From IMG/VR virus record IMGVR_UViG_2541047804_000005: DNA of 36,214 nt; one strand, written 5' to 3'. The position numbers were made by a program, and so were the translations under genes. The notes under the pieces were generated by a model. It saw only the letters and a program-made list of their open reading frames with translations, had not been told where the DNA came from and searched no databases. Of this stretch, positions 1 to 8,574 are shown one piece after another (the stretch's first letter is position 1; the number at the start of each line of letters is the position of its first letter). This DNA comes from a virus. Lineage: Duplodnaviria; Heunggongvirae; Uroviricota; Caudoviricetes.

Positions 1-648
1 TCAGCGACCAATCACCACAACCTGACCACCATCCCCTTCGTCTGCCGTGCTGATCTCCTGAGAAACCACACGTGACCCCACGCGCATTTCACCGTACAGA
101 ACAGGCAGAACATTGCCCTGGGCAACCATGTTATCCAGTGAGGAGAAATAGGTGTTCTGTTTGCCGTTATCTGTACTGGCTGCCGTGGGCGTCCTGGCTT
201 TCGGTGCCAGCATCTGCGCCACTCCGCCCAGGATCATACTGGCCCCTGCCGCATACATGCCCGATACAGCCGCGGCCCCCAGCCAGCCCACAGGGTTCCA
301 CCATGCCACCGCAATCAGCGCCGCCCCAAGCACCACCTGAAACACACCGCCACTTTTAGCTCCCGCCAGACGCGGCACGATGTGGATCACGGCACCATTT
401 GCCAGCGGCTCATTAAGACGGGCAGATAATTCATTTTCGCCTGCATCACGCCCGGCAATGCGCACCTGATACCAGCCCTCATTCAGTTTCTGACGAAACA
501 CCGGGAGCTGTGTGGCCAGTGCCCGGATGGCTTCAGCCCCCGTTTTCACACGAAGGTCGATACGGCGACCAAATCGTTGCAAATCCCCGTAAAGGCAGAT
601 GCGTGCCATGCCCGGTGACGCCAGAGGGAGTGTGTGCGTCGCTGCCAT
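1..648 (-). CDS. Tail assembly protein, lambda gpI-like
   Basis: 215-aa ORF with stop at window position 1-3; sequence and position (after K, before J which would lie left of the window) match lambda gpI as remembered. Not search-verified. Confidence 0.8.
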   Translation of the reverse strand: MAATHTLPLASPGMARICLYGDLQRFGRRIDLRVKTGAEAIRALATQLPVFRQKLNEGWYQVRIAGRDAGENELSARLNEPLANGAVIHIVPRLAGAKSGGVFQVVLGAALIAVAWWNPVGWLGAAAVSGMYAAGASMILGGVAQMLAPKARTPTAASTDNGKQNTYFSSLDNMVAQGNVLPVLYGEMRVGSRVVSQEISTADEGDGGQVVVIGR

Positions 649-1298
649 TTGTCGGTGTACCTCTCTCGTTTACTCAGTTGTTCAGGAATATGGTGCAGCA
701 GCTCGCCGTCGCCACAGTAAATGGCGGCATGATTCGGCACCGATGAACCAAAACAGCACAGCAGCACATCGCCCGGCTGGGCCGCTGACAACGGCACCTG
801 ATACAACCCCGTTGCCTCCATATTATCCAGATAGAGATTCTGGCCGTGACGCCACCAGTCATCCCCGCGATGAAAATCCGGCATCTCAATTCCCGCCAGA
901 TGGTAAGCGTCCCGGAACAGCGTGTAACAGTCCGTCACCCCGTGCTCAAAGCGCCGCCCGGTGAGATGCGGCACACAGCGGAATTTATGAATCGCCCCCC
1001 GGCAGACCAGCCACCACGGCAAATCACTCTGCACCTGCAGCCGCCGGTCGGCCTCACTCAGCCAGGGCAGACCACCGGGGTGGCTGTGGACCAGCGCCAC
1101 AATCTCTCCCTGCATTTCTGCACTCAGCCAGTCCTCCGGCGACATCCGGAAATACGCCTCCGGCTCACCAGAGATATTCACGCAGGGAAAATATCTTTCC
1201 CCCTCCGGTGTTCTCACCACGAAGCCGCACGACTCCGCTGGCGCACATCGCCGGGCGTGCGCCAGAATCGCTGATTCTGTCTCTGTCATGGGATTCAC
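546..1298 (-). CDS. Tail assembly protein, lambda gpK-like (MPN/JAMM plus NlpC/P60-type)
   Basis: 250-aa ORF with HSHP-type JAMM motif and a downstream Cys-containing hydrolase region, sitting between L and I as in lambda. Overlaps I by about 100 nt; true start may be the internal Met at 1289. Confidence 0.75.
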   Translation of the reverse strand: MNPMTETESAILAHARRCAPAESCGFVVRTPEGERYFPCVNISGEPEAYFRMSPEDWLSAEMQGEIVALVHSHPGGLPWLSEADRRLQVQSDLPWWLVCRGAIHKFRCVPHLTGRRFEHGVTDCYTLFRDAYHLAGIEMPDFHRGDDWWRHGQNLYLDNMEATGLYQVPLSAAQPGDVLLCCFGSSVPNHAAIYCGDGELLHHIPEQLSKRERYTDKWQRRTHSLWRHRAWHASAFTGICNDLVAVSTFV

Positions 1299-1993
1299 TG
1301 CGAAAGTTTGTTAATGGAAAGGAAGCCGCCAAAGTTGCCGACGTTATTGCGAAACTTACAGCCGCTCAGGCATTTGCTGCATTTATCCTTCGTGATATCG
1401 GACGTCGGCTGATCATATTCATCCGCGACCGCCGGACCGTGATAACCGCACTCGTCACCGCGATAGGTCCAGGTGCAGGTGTTGGCCAGCATGATGCGCC
1501 CCGGAAAAACGGCACCGTCCGTTTCCGTCGGCGTGGACAGTACAAAAGAGGCACTCACCGCGCTCAGTTCGCTGCACTGCTCGATGCGCCAGCGGCTGAT
1601 CACCTCCTGCTCAGGATCGGCGTCACTGTTTCCGTTGACGAAGTTCACCGCATCCAGAAAACGGGCGTAAACCTTACGCCTGACCACCGTTCCGCCGACC
1701 AGACTCTGCAGATCTTCCGCCATCCCGGTGACCATGCCGTGCAGGTTAGAAACCGTCAGTGTCGGACGGGCAGCACTGCCCTTGCCATTCAGTTCAAATC
1801 CCGTCCCCTGAATGGGGTATGCCTGATACTGCCGCCCCTGCCAGGTAACCGGCTCACCTTTTTCGTTCTGCTCATTACAGAAAAAATAACGTTCACCACC
1901 GACCTCTGTCAGATCGATTTCCCAGAGCACCACCTGGGCTGACTGAGTGAGGCGTGTCGTCTCATGATGTGTTTCCTGTGGAATATCCTGCAT
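1295..1993 (-). CDS. Minor tail protein, lambda gpL-like
   Basis: 232-aa ORF, same length as lambda L, Cys-rich C-terminus, located between M and K. Confidence 0.8.
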   Translation of the reverse strand: MQDIPQETHHETTRLTQSAQVVLWEIDLTEVGGERYFFCNEQNEKGEPVTWQGRQYQAYPIQGTGFELNGKGSAARPTLTVSNLHGMVTGMAEDLQSLVGGTVVRRKVYARFLDAVNFVNGNSDADPEQEVISRWRIEQCSELSAVSASFVLSTPTETDGAVFPGRIMLANTCTWTYRGDECGYHGPAVADEYDQPTSDITKDKCSKCLSGCKFRNNVGNFGGFLSINKLSQ

Positions 1994-2002
1994 CAGAGCC
2001 TC

Positions 2003-2332
2003 CTATGCCACGACCTGTTCAAAATCTGCCGTTATGGTTACCCACAACGCCCCCACGCTTGCCGACCATTTACGACAAACCACCCTGATCGGCTTCCAGT
2101 CATAAGGTGGCGTCCACTGAAATGCGCGGACGCCACCGTGCCGTTCCAGAAAGGCTTTTAAAGATGGGTGTTCACATTTACGAACACGTATCGTCACGCT
2201 GTAAGTCGACAACTGGTTATTCAGTCCCGCCGCACGACGCTGTTCATAACCATCGCCAAGCTTCACTGTCACCACTTTCGGCTCTGATACCACATTCATA
2301 TCCGGGCGCACTTTCCAGTGAAACGTCTCCAT
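2003..2332 (-). CDS. Minor tail protein, lambda gpM-like
   Basis: 109-aa ORF immediately downstream of the tape measure gene, same size and position as lambda M. Confidence 0.75.
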   Translation of the reverse strand: METFHWKVRPDMNVVSEPKVVTVKLGDGYEQRRAAGLNNQLSTYSVTIRVRKCEHPSLKAFLERHGGVRAFQWTPPYDWKPIRVVCRKWSASVGALWVTITADFEQVVA

Positions 2333-5300
2333 TACCGATATGCTCCACTTAACCGACCACCATCACGGGCCTGCTGTTGCATAAAGTCCGCTGCCGCTTT
2401 TTTCCCGAGGTCATAAACCGCCTTCAGGGCAGCCGGACCTATCTGCCCGTTCGTGCCATCGTTATTGATCTCGATGTTGTACTGCGGGGAAAACATCGCC
2501 ATACCTGAACCCCCAATATCCGCCACAACCCCCAGCTTACCGTCAGCACCACGACGCAATGGCAGAATGGCTTCAGGTCCCGCTTCCCCCATCACACCCG
2601 CGCCTTTTGCAAAAGCAAAAAACGTCGGACGGTTAACCACCGTGCCACTGTAACGACTCAAATCAGCAGACTGATAAATCCCCCCATTGGCATTCAGGGA
2701 AAGGCTGCTGAGATCAAATCCCAGCACACTGCCAATCCCTTTTATCGATTTCATCATGGTTGCCTGCGCCAGGATTTTCGCCATATCTGACAGCACAGAA
2801 GAGGTGAAGGATTTGAAATTGAGTTTGCCGGTAGTGACAAAAGTTGCCAGGCCATTTCCCATGTTGCTGAAGGCTGACGAGAACACCTGTTCTGCTGTTC
2901 CTGCCGTATTATCTGCATCCACGGTAAAATCCTGAAATGCACGCAGGACTCCGTTTTTCCAGTTACCCTGCACAACTTCAAGCTGTTGCCAGTAACGGCG
3001 ATTCTCATTCAGTTGTCGGTTCAGGCTCTCCGTCAGCGCCTGCTCGGCCTTTCTGTAGTCATCCGTGTTATATGTTCCTTTCTGCTCACTATCCCGCCTC
3101 AACTGCTCCAGCTGTTGCTGGTATTTCTGGCGAAGACTCAGTTGTACCTGATATCGCTGCCGCTGCTGATCACCCATACCCACCGTGGCGATATCCAGGT
3201 CATGTTGCTGACGCTGAGCGCGCTCTTCTTCAGCCAGTTGACTGGTCAGCTGAATTGTTTTTTTCTTCAGCTCGTTGAGTGCCGTCTGTTTCTGAAGCTC
3301 CTGCTGTTTTACATCCAGCAGCGTCAGTGCCTGAATCAGTTCATCTTTACGGGCCAGCACACTCTTTTCATCTGCCGTCAGTTTTTTCCCGTCCAGGTCG
3401 CTGATGCGCTGCTGCAGAGCCAGAAGCTGTTTATGCGCTTCTGTCATCCTTTCCGTGGCAATGCCTGCTGACTGTCTGGCAGCAGCAATCTGTCCTTCCA
3501 CCTGTGCCTGTTGCTGACTGTACTGCAGCAATAACCGGGTGGCCTCATCATTACGGGGTTCGCGTGTTTTTTTCTTACCGGATGCCAGGGCTTTCTCGTA
3601 ACGTTCATTTTCACGTTGTATCGCTGCATCCCTGACAGCCTGATCGGCGTACTGCATGGAATTAATACGCGCAATTTCACGCTGATGTCGTGCTGCTTCC
3701 GTTTCATTCATCCGGTTCAGTGCAGCATTTTCAGCATTACGTCGTTTCTGTTGCTCCTGATAATTCCGCTCTGCCTGCTCTTTTGCATCCTGCAAATCCT
3801 TCTGGCGTTTTTTCTCCTGAAGATCGTTAAGACGCTGCTGATCGTATTCAACCTGAGAAGATGATGCCGTCCAGGGGAGTCTTTTCGCCCGCGACACTTT
3901 CTCCTGTAAAGCGGCAATCTGTTCATCCAGCGAGTCTTCACGACCAATATTCATGGCCGCATCCCAGAAACGACTCCACAAATCAGACAGATACTTCAGC
4001 GTACTGCCAAGCGCATTGAGGTTATTATCAATATCCGCAGTACGCCGACCGGTTTCCTCTGCCAGTGCAGACATGGCTATCCGTGCAGCATCACTGGACC
4101 GTCCCTGATCCCCAAGGACACGTATCTGCTCAAGCTGAGTGGCAGTAAGAAAATGCAGCTCATTGTCCAGAGCCTTCGCGGCATTTACAGGATCATCCTT
4201 CAGCCGCTTAAACTGATTTATGGTATCGCTGACCGACTGGCCAACCGATCGCTCCATCTGTGCGGCAGCTCTCGCCACCATACCGATATCGTTTCCACGA
4301 AATGCACCACTCCCCACCACCTGAGCCAGCGCACCGGCTGCAGCATGTTGCGTGATACCATTCCCGGAAATAGCACGACTGAGCGTCCACAGCTGCCCGG
4401 CAGTGACTCCGGCATAATGCCCCGTCAGCGACAACTGGCGGTTAAATTCTTCCCCCTCCTTCTGACCGTCATACCAGGCTTTACCCAGACCATAGACGGA
4501 CGCGGCAATACCGCCAATAACCCCGCCAAGCATCATGCCTTTCGGTGACATCAGAGTGTCTATCCATCCGGCACGGTTAGCCAGCGTTATCCCGGATCCC
4601 CTCAGCGCCCCTAAATTGCCGCGGGCCAGTTCACCTATCAGAACGCCAATCTCCTGGCGGGCCGCTGCACTTTTCAGACCCAGCGAATGCGTGGCTTTTC
4701 CTGCCTGCTCCATTTTGCGGATATACACTTCTGCAGCACTGCTTACCCCCAGCTGGGCAGCCTTAGCACGAAGCAACTCAGAAGAAGAAAGATTCTGGCG
4801 GGTTGCCTGCTCTTTAAGCTGACGGATAAACGCCACTTTCTGTCGGGTAGCCTCTTCCTCAGCCTGCGTAAGAACACGGGTTTTCGCCGTAACCTCAGAA
4901 ATCAGCGCCAGATAATCCTGCTGACCAATCCCGCCACTGTTTCTGGCCTGTCGGATCTGCTGCTGAATACGCTGTAATTCCTGCAGCCCCGCACTGGCCT
5001 GTTTCACACTGTCAATCTGACGATAAAACGCGGCAGCCGCTTTATCCTGAGCCTCCGCCAGAGCCATGGCCTGCGCCTGTTCCTCGCGCATTTTCTGGCT
5101 CAGTGCCTCCATACGCTGGCGGGTTTGCTCCACCTCGCGGGCCATGCGTTCATGAGCCTGTGCGCTCTTCTCCACCGTCTGCGCATGGACGGATGCGGCT
5201 GTTGCAGCCGAAGAAGCCGCCTGCATTGTCTGCCGGGCGGCCTGAGTCTGACGCTCCATAAAACGCTGCATACGGGCAGAAGACCGTTCTGCATCGCTGG

Positions 5301-5427
5301 CTGCACCATTCAGAAGGTTTTTGATACGGGGAATTTCATTTTTAAACTCTGCCGCATCAATCCCCAAATCAATGACCAGGTTGGCTATCTGGTCCATAAC
5401 GCACACCTCCGGAAATACCTTCCCCAA
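2332..5427 (-). CDS. Tail tape measure protein (lambda gpH-like)
   Basis: 1031-aa ORF with long coiled-coil, Q/E/R/A-rich repeats and a Gly-rich hydrophobic segment, typical of tape measure proteins; sits between G-T and M. Confidence 0.9.
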   Translation of the reverse strand: MGKVFPEVCVMDQIANLVIDLGIDAAEFKNEIPRIKNLLNGAASDAERSSARMQRFMERQTQAARQTMQAASSAATAASVHAQTVEKSAQAHERMAREVEQTRQRMEALSQKMREEQAQAMALAEAQDKAAAAFYRQIDSVKQASAGLQELQRIQQQIRQARNSGGIGQQDYLALISEVTAKTRVLTQAEEEATRQKVAFIRQLKEQATRQNLSSSELLRAKAAQLGVSSAAEVYIRKMEQAGKATHSLGLKSAAARQEIGVLIGELARGNLGALRGSGITLANRAGWIDTLMSPKGMMLGGVIGGIAASVYGLGKAWYDGQKEGEEFNRQLSLTGHYAGVTAGQLWTLSRAISGNGITQHAAAGALAQVVGSGAFRGNDIGMVARAAAQMERSVGQSVSDTINQFKRLKDDPVNAAKALDNELHFLTATQLEQIRVLGDQGRSSDAARIAMSALAEETGRRTADIDNNLNALGSTLKYLSDLWSRFWDAAMNIGREDSLDEQIAALQEKVSRAKRLPWTASSSQVEYDQQRLNDLQEKKRQKDLQDAKEQAERNYQEQQKRRNAENAALNRMNETEAARHQREIARINSMQYADQAVRDAAIQRENERYEKALASGKKKTREPRNDEATRLLLQYSQQQAQVEGQIAAARQSAGIATERMTEAHKQLLALQQRISDLDGKKLTADEKSVLARKDELIQALTLLDVKQQELQKQTALNELKKKTIQLTSQLAEEERAQRQQHDLDIATVGMGDQQRQRYQVQLSLRQKYQQQLEQLRRDSEQKGTYNTDDYRKAEQALTESLNRQLNENRRYWQQLEVVQGNWKNGVLRAFQDFTVDADNTAGTAEQVFSSAFSNMGNGLATFVTTGKLNFKSFTSSVLSDMAKILAQATMMKSIKGIGSVLGFDLSSLSLNANGGIYQSADLSRYSGTVVNRPTFFAFAKGAGVMGEAGPEAILPLRRGADGKLGVVADIGGSGMAMFSPQYNIEINNDGTNGQIGPAALKAVYDLGKKAAADFMQQQARDGGRLSGAYR

Positions 5428-5698
5428 GATGCATCAGTTCTTCGTCCGTTCGCTCCGGTATCCCGTTCTCTTCCGGTAAAAGGCTGAAATCAGCCACCGC
5501 AGCATCACTGCTACCGGACACCATTCTCACGATCAATGCCTTCAGCGAGGCAAACTGCGCATCCATCCACACATCACTGAAGCTCTGCATCCGGAAATAA
5601 TCGCCCCACTCACCAAGCTCAGTGGCCGACATTTCCGACAGCATCCGCCGCCAGTCTGCCCGCCGGAACTCCCGGGCAAGCCGCATGACAAACTGCAT
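5369..5698 (-). CDS. Tail assembly chaperone T segment (expressed as G-T fusion by -1 frameshift)
   Basis: 109-aa ORF in the -1 frame relative to G, beginning at the 3' end of G and ending inside the tape measure start region, as for lambda G-T. Confidence 0.6.
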   Translation of the reverse strand: MQFVMRLAREFRRADWRRMLSEMSATELGEWGDYFRMQSFSDVWMDAQFASLKALIVRMVSGSSDAAVADFSLLPEENGIPERTDEELMHLGEGISGGVRYGPDSQPGH

Positions 5699-5706
5699 TT
5701 CCCGCG

Positions 5707-5722
5707 TCAGGACTTTTCCGGC
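5707..5722 (-). other. Candidate -1 programmed ribosomal frameshift site (G to G-T)
   Basis: Minus-strand mRNA reads CCG GAA AAG TCC TGA at the end of G; the heptamer GGAAAAG (rc of plus 5713-5719) differs by one base from lambda GGGAAAG and the -1 frame continues into the T ORF. Confidence 0.5.
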
Positions 5723-6135
5723 GTCAGCACCTCATGCTCCAAATCCCCGGCATTCTCAATGACTCCCATACCGCTCAGCGACAGAACCATCTCCGCCCCC
5801 GCTCCCAGGGCATCATACGACCATGTTGTAATAACGGATGCGCAAAGCGTCTCAACATCCTGAGACTGTTCCGCATTCCACAGTGAGCGGGAAACCAGCC
5901 AGGCATTGATATCCATCCCCATCCGCAGAAAAGCAATCTGTCGTTCAGCCTCCGGCAGTTCTCCCTCTTCGGCATCAAACTTTGCCGTTCGCTGCTGAAC
6001 AAACGCCAGATATTCAATTCTCTGCAGCCCGGACAGCTCACTGAGCACCACGGACTGCTTTTCATAATTAAACGTGCCCTGTTTCAGAAACATCATGTTC
6101 TCCACCTGCAAAAAAGCCCCGGATAACCGGGGCAA
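5707..6135 (-). CDS. Tail assembly chaperone, lambda gpG-like
   Basis: 142-aa ORF between major tail protein V and the tape measure gene, acidic C-terminal region; lambda G is 140 aa. Confidence 0.8.
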   Translation of the reverse strand: MPRLSGAFLQVENMMFLKQGTFNYEKQSVVLSELSGLQRIEYLAFVQQRTAKFDAEEGELPEAERQIAFLRMGMDINAWLVSRSLWNAEQSQDVETLCASVITTWSYDALGAGAEMVLSLSGMGVIENAGDLEHEVLTPEKS

Positions 6136-6153
6136 ATGATGAGTATCGTCCTG

Positions 6154-6903
6154 TTAACCTGCGGCGCTGACAGCCACCGCAGCCACTGCCACAAAATCGC
6201 CGTCAGAAGTCATGCCCACAATGCTGACACTGCCCTGCTTCACGCCTTTCACCGTGGCCACAAGCCCGTTCAGGGTCACCGTGGCAGTCTGTGGATCTGT
6301 CGAATGCACACTGATCGCTTTGTCACTGGCTCCGTCAGGTTTTACTGTAAAGGTCAGCGTGGTGGTTGCTCCCACTTTTACACTGGCAGATGCCGGTGCC
6401 ACCGTCAGCCCGGTAACGCTCACTGTTTCAGTGCCTTCCTCTGCCAGATACGGACGCCCCACACCGCTGATTTTCACTGTGCGGGTCATCACGTCTTTTG
6501 AGGCAATGGTTTTACCCAGTGAGCTCAGCCAGCCACGGAAAACATCAACAGTGCCGTTGGGATATTTGATACGAAACGCGCAGACTTCACCGGAGTCGAA
6601 CAACTGAACCAGTTTTTTCTGCCCGCTGTCACCCGGACGCCAGGCCAGCGTCGCCGAAGTATCACCGACGGATTTCTGCCCCTGGGTTGTCGTTTTCCAG
6701 TCTGCATCTTCATCATCGAGATAAGTGTCATCTTCTGCATCAGCGGTCATTTCGCCAGGTTGCAGATCCTTCACCATCGCAAGACGCAGCCAGTCAGTGT
6801 CCGATAAAGGGTTCGCAAACGCATCGCCCTTGCCGGTGTACATCCAGAACGTCGTTCCCGCACCTTTCGTTTTTGCCAGTGGATTTGGTGTGGTCATTGC
6901 CAC
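6154..6903 (-). CDS. Major tail protein, lambda gpV-like, with C-terminal Ig-like domain
   Basis: 249-aa ORF; lambda V is 246 aa. C-terminus is a Thr/Val/Ser-rich beta-strand region typical of Big_2 Ig-like domains. Confidence 0.85.
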   Translation of the reverse strand: MAMTTPNPLAKTKGAGTTFWMYTGKGDAFANPLSDTDWLRLAMVKDLQPGEMTADAEDDTYLDDEDADWKTTTQGQKSVGDTSATLAWRPGDSGQKKLVQLFDSGEVCAFRIKYPNGTVDVFRGWLSSLGKTIASKDVMTRTVKISGVGRPYLAEEGTETVSVTGLTVAPASASVKVGATTTLTFTVKPDGASDKAISVHSTDPQTATVTLNGLVATVKGVKQGSVSIVGMTSDGDFVAVAAVAVSAAG

Positions 6904-6908
6904 CTCCT

Positions 6909-7322
6909 TTAATTCGTGTACGTGATCTGGTACGTGATTTCCGCCATCGCCCAGGTGGCCATCTCATTATCACGTTGATAGTTAAAACCGAGAGGGATCA
7001 GGGTGTCGATGAGTCCGGAAAGTGCCGGTATATCATTCAGGGCCGGGAAAATGGTGCTCTCCATCCACATATCCAGCTCTGAATCCGGTGCCTGTGCCCG
7101 GATGAAGACAGCAATATGCAGAACAGCCTGCCAGTCATCTTCATCCGTCATTTTTCCGGTGTACTGAGCATCACTCAGCCACACCGCCACGGCAGGCAGT
7201 TCCTGCGCATCAATAAATGCCGGAAGCCCGTCAAAAAACGTGGCGCTGTCTCCACACTGTTCCCGAAGGCGTGCCAGTACGGCCTGGCGGATTTGTGTAT
7301 GTCGGTTCATCGGGTCAGCCAT
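6909..7322 (-). CDS. Tail terminator protein, lambda gpU-like
   Basis: 137-aa ORF whose sequence aligns by eye with lambda U as remembered (ATFFDG, PAVAV, DSELD.WMES, IPALS motifs). Confidence 0.85.
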   Translation of the reverse strand: MADPMNRHTQIRQAVLARLREQCGDSATFFDGLPAFIDAQELPAVAVWLSDAQYTGKMTDEDDWQAVLHIAVFIRAQAPDSELDMWMESTIFPALNDIPALSGLIDTLIPLGFNYQRDNEMATWAMAEITYQITYTN

Positions 7323-7885
7323 AACCTCAGTTGTTGTTTCAGTGCATACCCCAGCTGTTTCGGCATTTCCGCAGCAATAATGCGGTCGCGGGCATCTTCA
7401 AATGCCTGTGTCAGCGGTCCGGACAGCGGGACTTTCACCACATCAATGGGGTAACGATTTTTGCCATCAATACGCCGCATCACATGCCAGCGACCATTCG
7501 CCAGTTGCTGAATAAACGCATCCCGGAAAAGATATTTACCCACCTTCAGCACACTGCCACGGTACTGCAGTTTTCCACCACGCCGGGCCAGTCTGACCCG
7601 GGCTGTCCCCAGCTTAATAGCGGGCAGATTGCCCCGGTTAACGCGGATCCTGGCCGTCATTTTTCCTGACGGACTGGCTTTAAACACCCGGACACGCTGA
7701 CGTACCAGTTTCAGGGGGATCCCTTTCACCTGGTTATCTCCCGCAACGGTATTCCCGGCAACCTGCCGGGTGGCGACCGAGACCGCTTTCTGTGCCACAC
7801 GGTTTATCGCCCATGCGCTGGCCTGTGGCACCATACGGGTATCAAGGCTGTTCAGATTACGGATGGCATTCTCAAGCCCCTTCAT
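7307..7885 (-). CDS. Tail completion protein, lambda gpZ-like
   Basis: 192-aa ORF, same length as lambda Z, immediately upstream of U. Confidence 0.75.
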   Translation of the reverse strand: MKGLENAIRNLNSLDTRMVPQASAWAINRVAQKAVSVATRQVAGNTVAGDNQVKGIPLKLVRQRVRVFKASPSGKMTARIRVNRGNLPAIKLGTARVRLARRGGKLQYRGSVLKVGKYLFRDAFIQQLANGRWHVMRRIDGKNRYPIDVVKVPLSGPLTQAFEDARDRIIAAEMPKQLGYALKQQLRLWLTR

Positions 7886-7896
7886 CCCACACCTCT

Positions 7897-8172
7897 TTAC
7901 TCAATAAAGATCATTGGCTTACCGTTAAAACGTTCATGCCGTGTGACCGTCCATTGTTGTCCGTCATAAACAACGCGATCCCCGCGCCGTGGGCGGTATC
8001 CCGAAGAAAACACCACCAGAGAGACCGCAGGTCCGGACAGAGCATTCAGCTCTGCCAGTGTTTCTCCCGGGATCACAGTCATATCGACATCATTAATCGA
8101 GGCTGTCTTTCCCATCTTTCTGACCGTGATAGCATCCATACGCGCTGCCAGCCGGGAAAAGGGATCAGACAT
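7897..8172 (-). CDS. Putative head-tail adaptor / head completion protein
   Basis: 91-aa ORF between the head module and Z, in the position of lambda FII; assignment by position only. Confidence 0.4.
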   Translation of the reverse strand: MSDPFSRLAARMDAITVRKMGKTASINDVDMTVIPGETLAELNALSGPAVSLVVFSSGYRPRRGDRVVYDGQQWTVTRHERFNGKPMIFIE

Positions 8173-8488
8173 TGAGTTTTACCGGCACTTCTTCTGCACT
8201 GGTTCCGGCATCTGCCCAGACAACCCCGACCAGCGGATCAGAGCCGCTGTTAGTCAGCTGAACTTTTCCGGACTTCAGATAAACCTTCTTACCCGTTTTC
8301 ATGTCATCCGTTTTCAGCTTAGGCAGCATAAACACACCTTCGGTCATGCCGTCGCCTGTTTCACCCTGTGGAATATCGGTCAGCGCCACCGCAAAAACAT
8401 CGCCCACCTGCACCAGATCTCCGCTGCTGATGGCTGCACTGGCAACAATCGCCACCGTTTTTCCTTCTTCTACAAAATTCTTTGCCAT
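8165..8488 (-). CDS. Small head-associated protein (possible DUF2190-type decoration or connector protein)
   Basis: ATG at 8486-8488 preceded by GGAG; 107 aa from MAKNFVEEGK; Gly/Val-rich beta-type sequence directly downstream of the capsid gene. The longer track ORF starting at 8533 was rejected. Confidence 0.4.
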   Translation of the reverse strand: MAKNFVEEGKTVAIVASAAISSGDLVQVGDVFAVALTDIPQGETGDGMTEGVFMLPKLKTDDMKTGKKVYLKSGKVQLTNSGSDPLVGVVWADAGTSAEEVPVKLNV

Positions 8489-8531
8489 AACTGTCTCCGC
8501 ACAGCCCCGTTCAGGGGCTGATTTCAGGTAC

Positions 8532-8551
8532 AAAAAAAGCCCTTACGGGCC
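8532..8551 (-). terminator. Rho-independent terminator-like hairpin after the capsid gene
   Basis: On the minus strand GCCCGTAAGGGC stem-loop followed by TTTTTTT, about 25 nt after the capsid stop; a second hairpin CAGCCCCTGAACGGGGCTG follows at 8505-8523. Confidence 0.5.
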
Positions 8552-8574
8552 ATCAGAGTTGTTGTCTGCGACGT

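Noticed and set aside
2453-5487. Numerous plus-strand ORFs (60-160 aa) overlapping the tape measure gene
   Set aside because: All lie antisense to or out of frame with a long, well-supported minus-strand gene; they are low-complexity and lack ribosome binding sites, so they are shadow ORFs.
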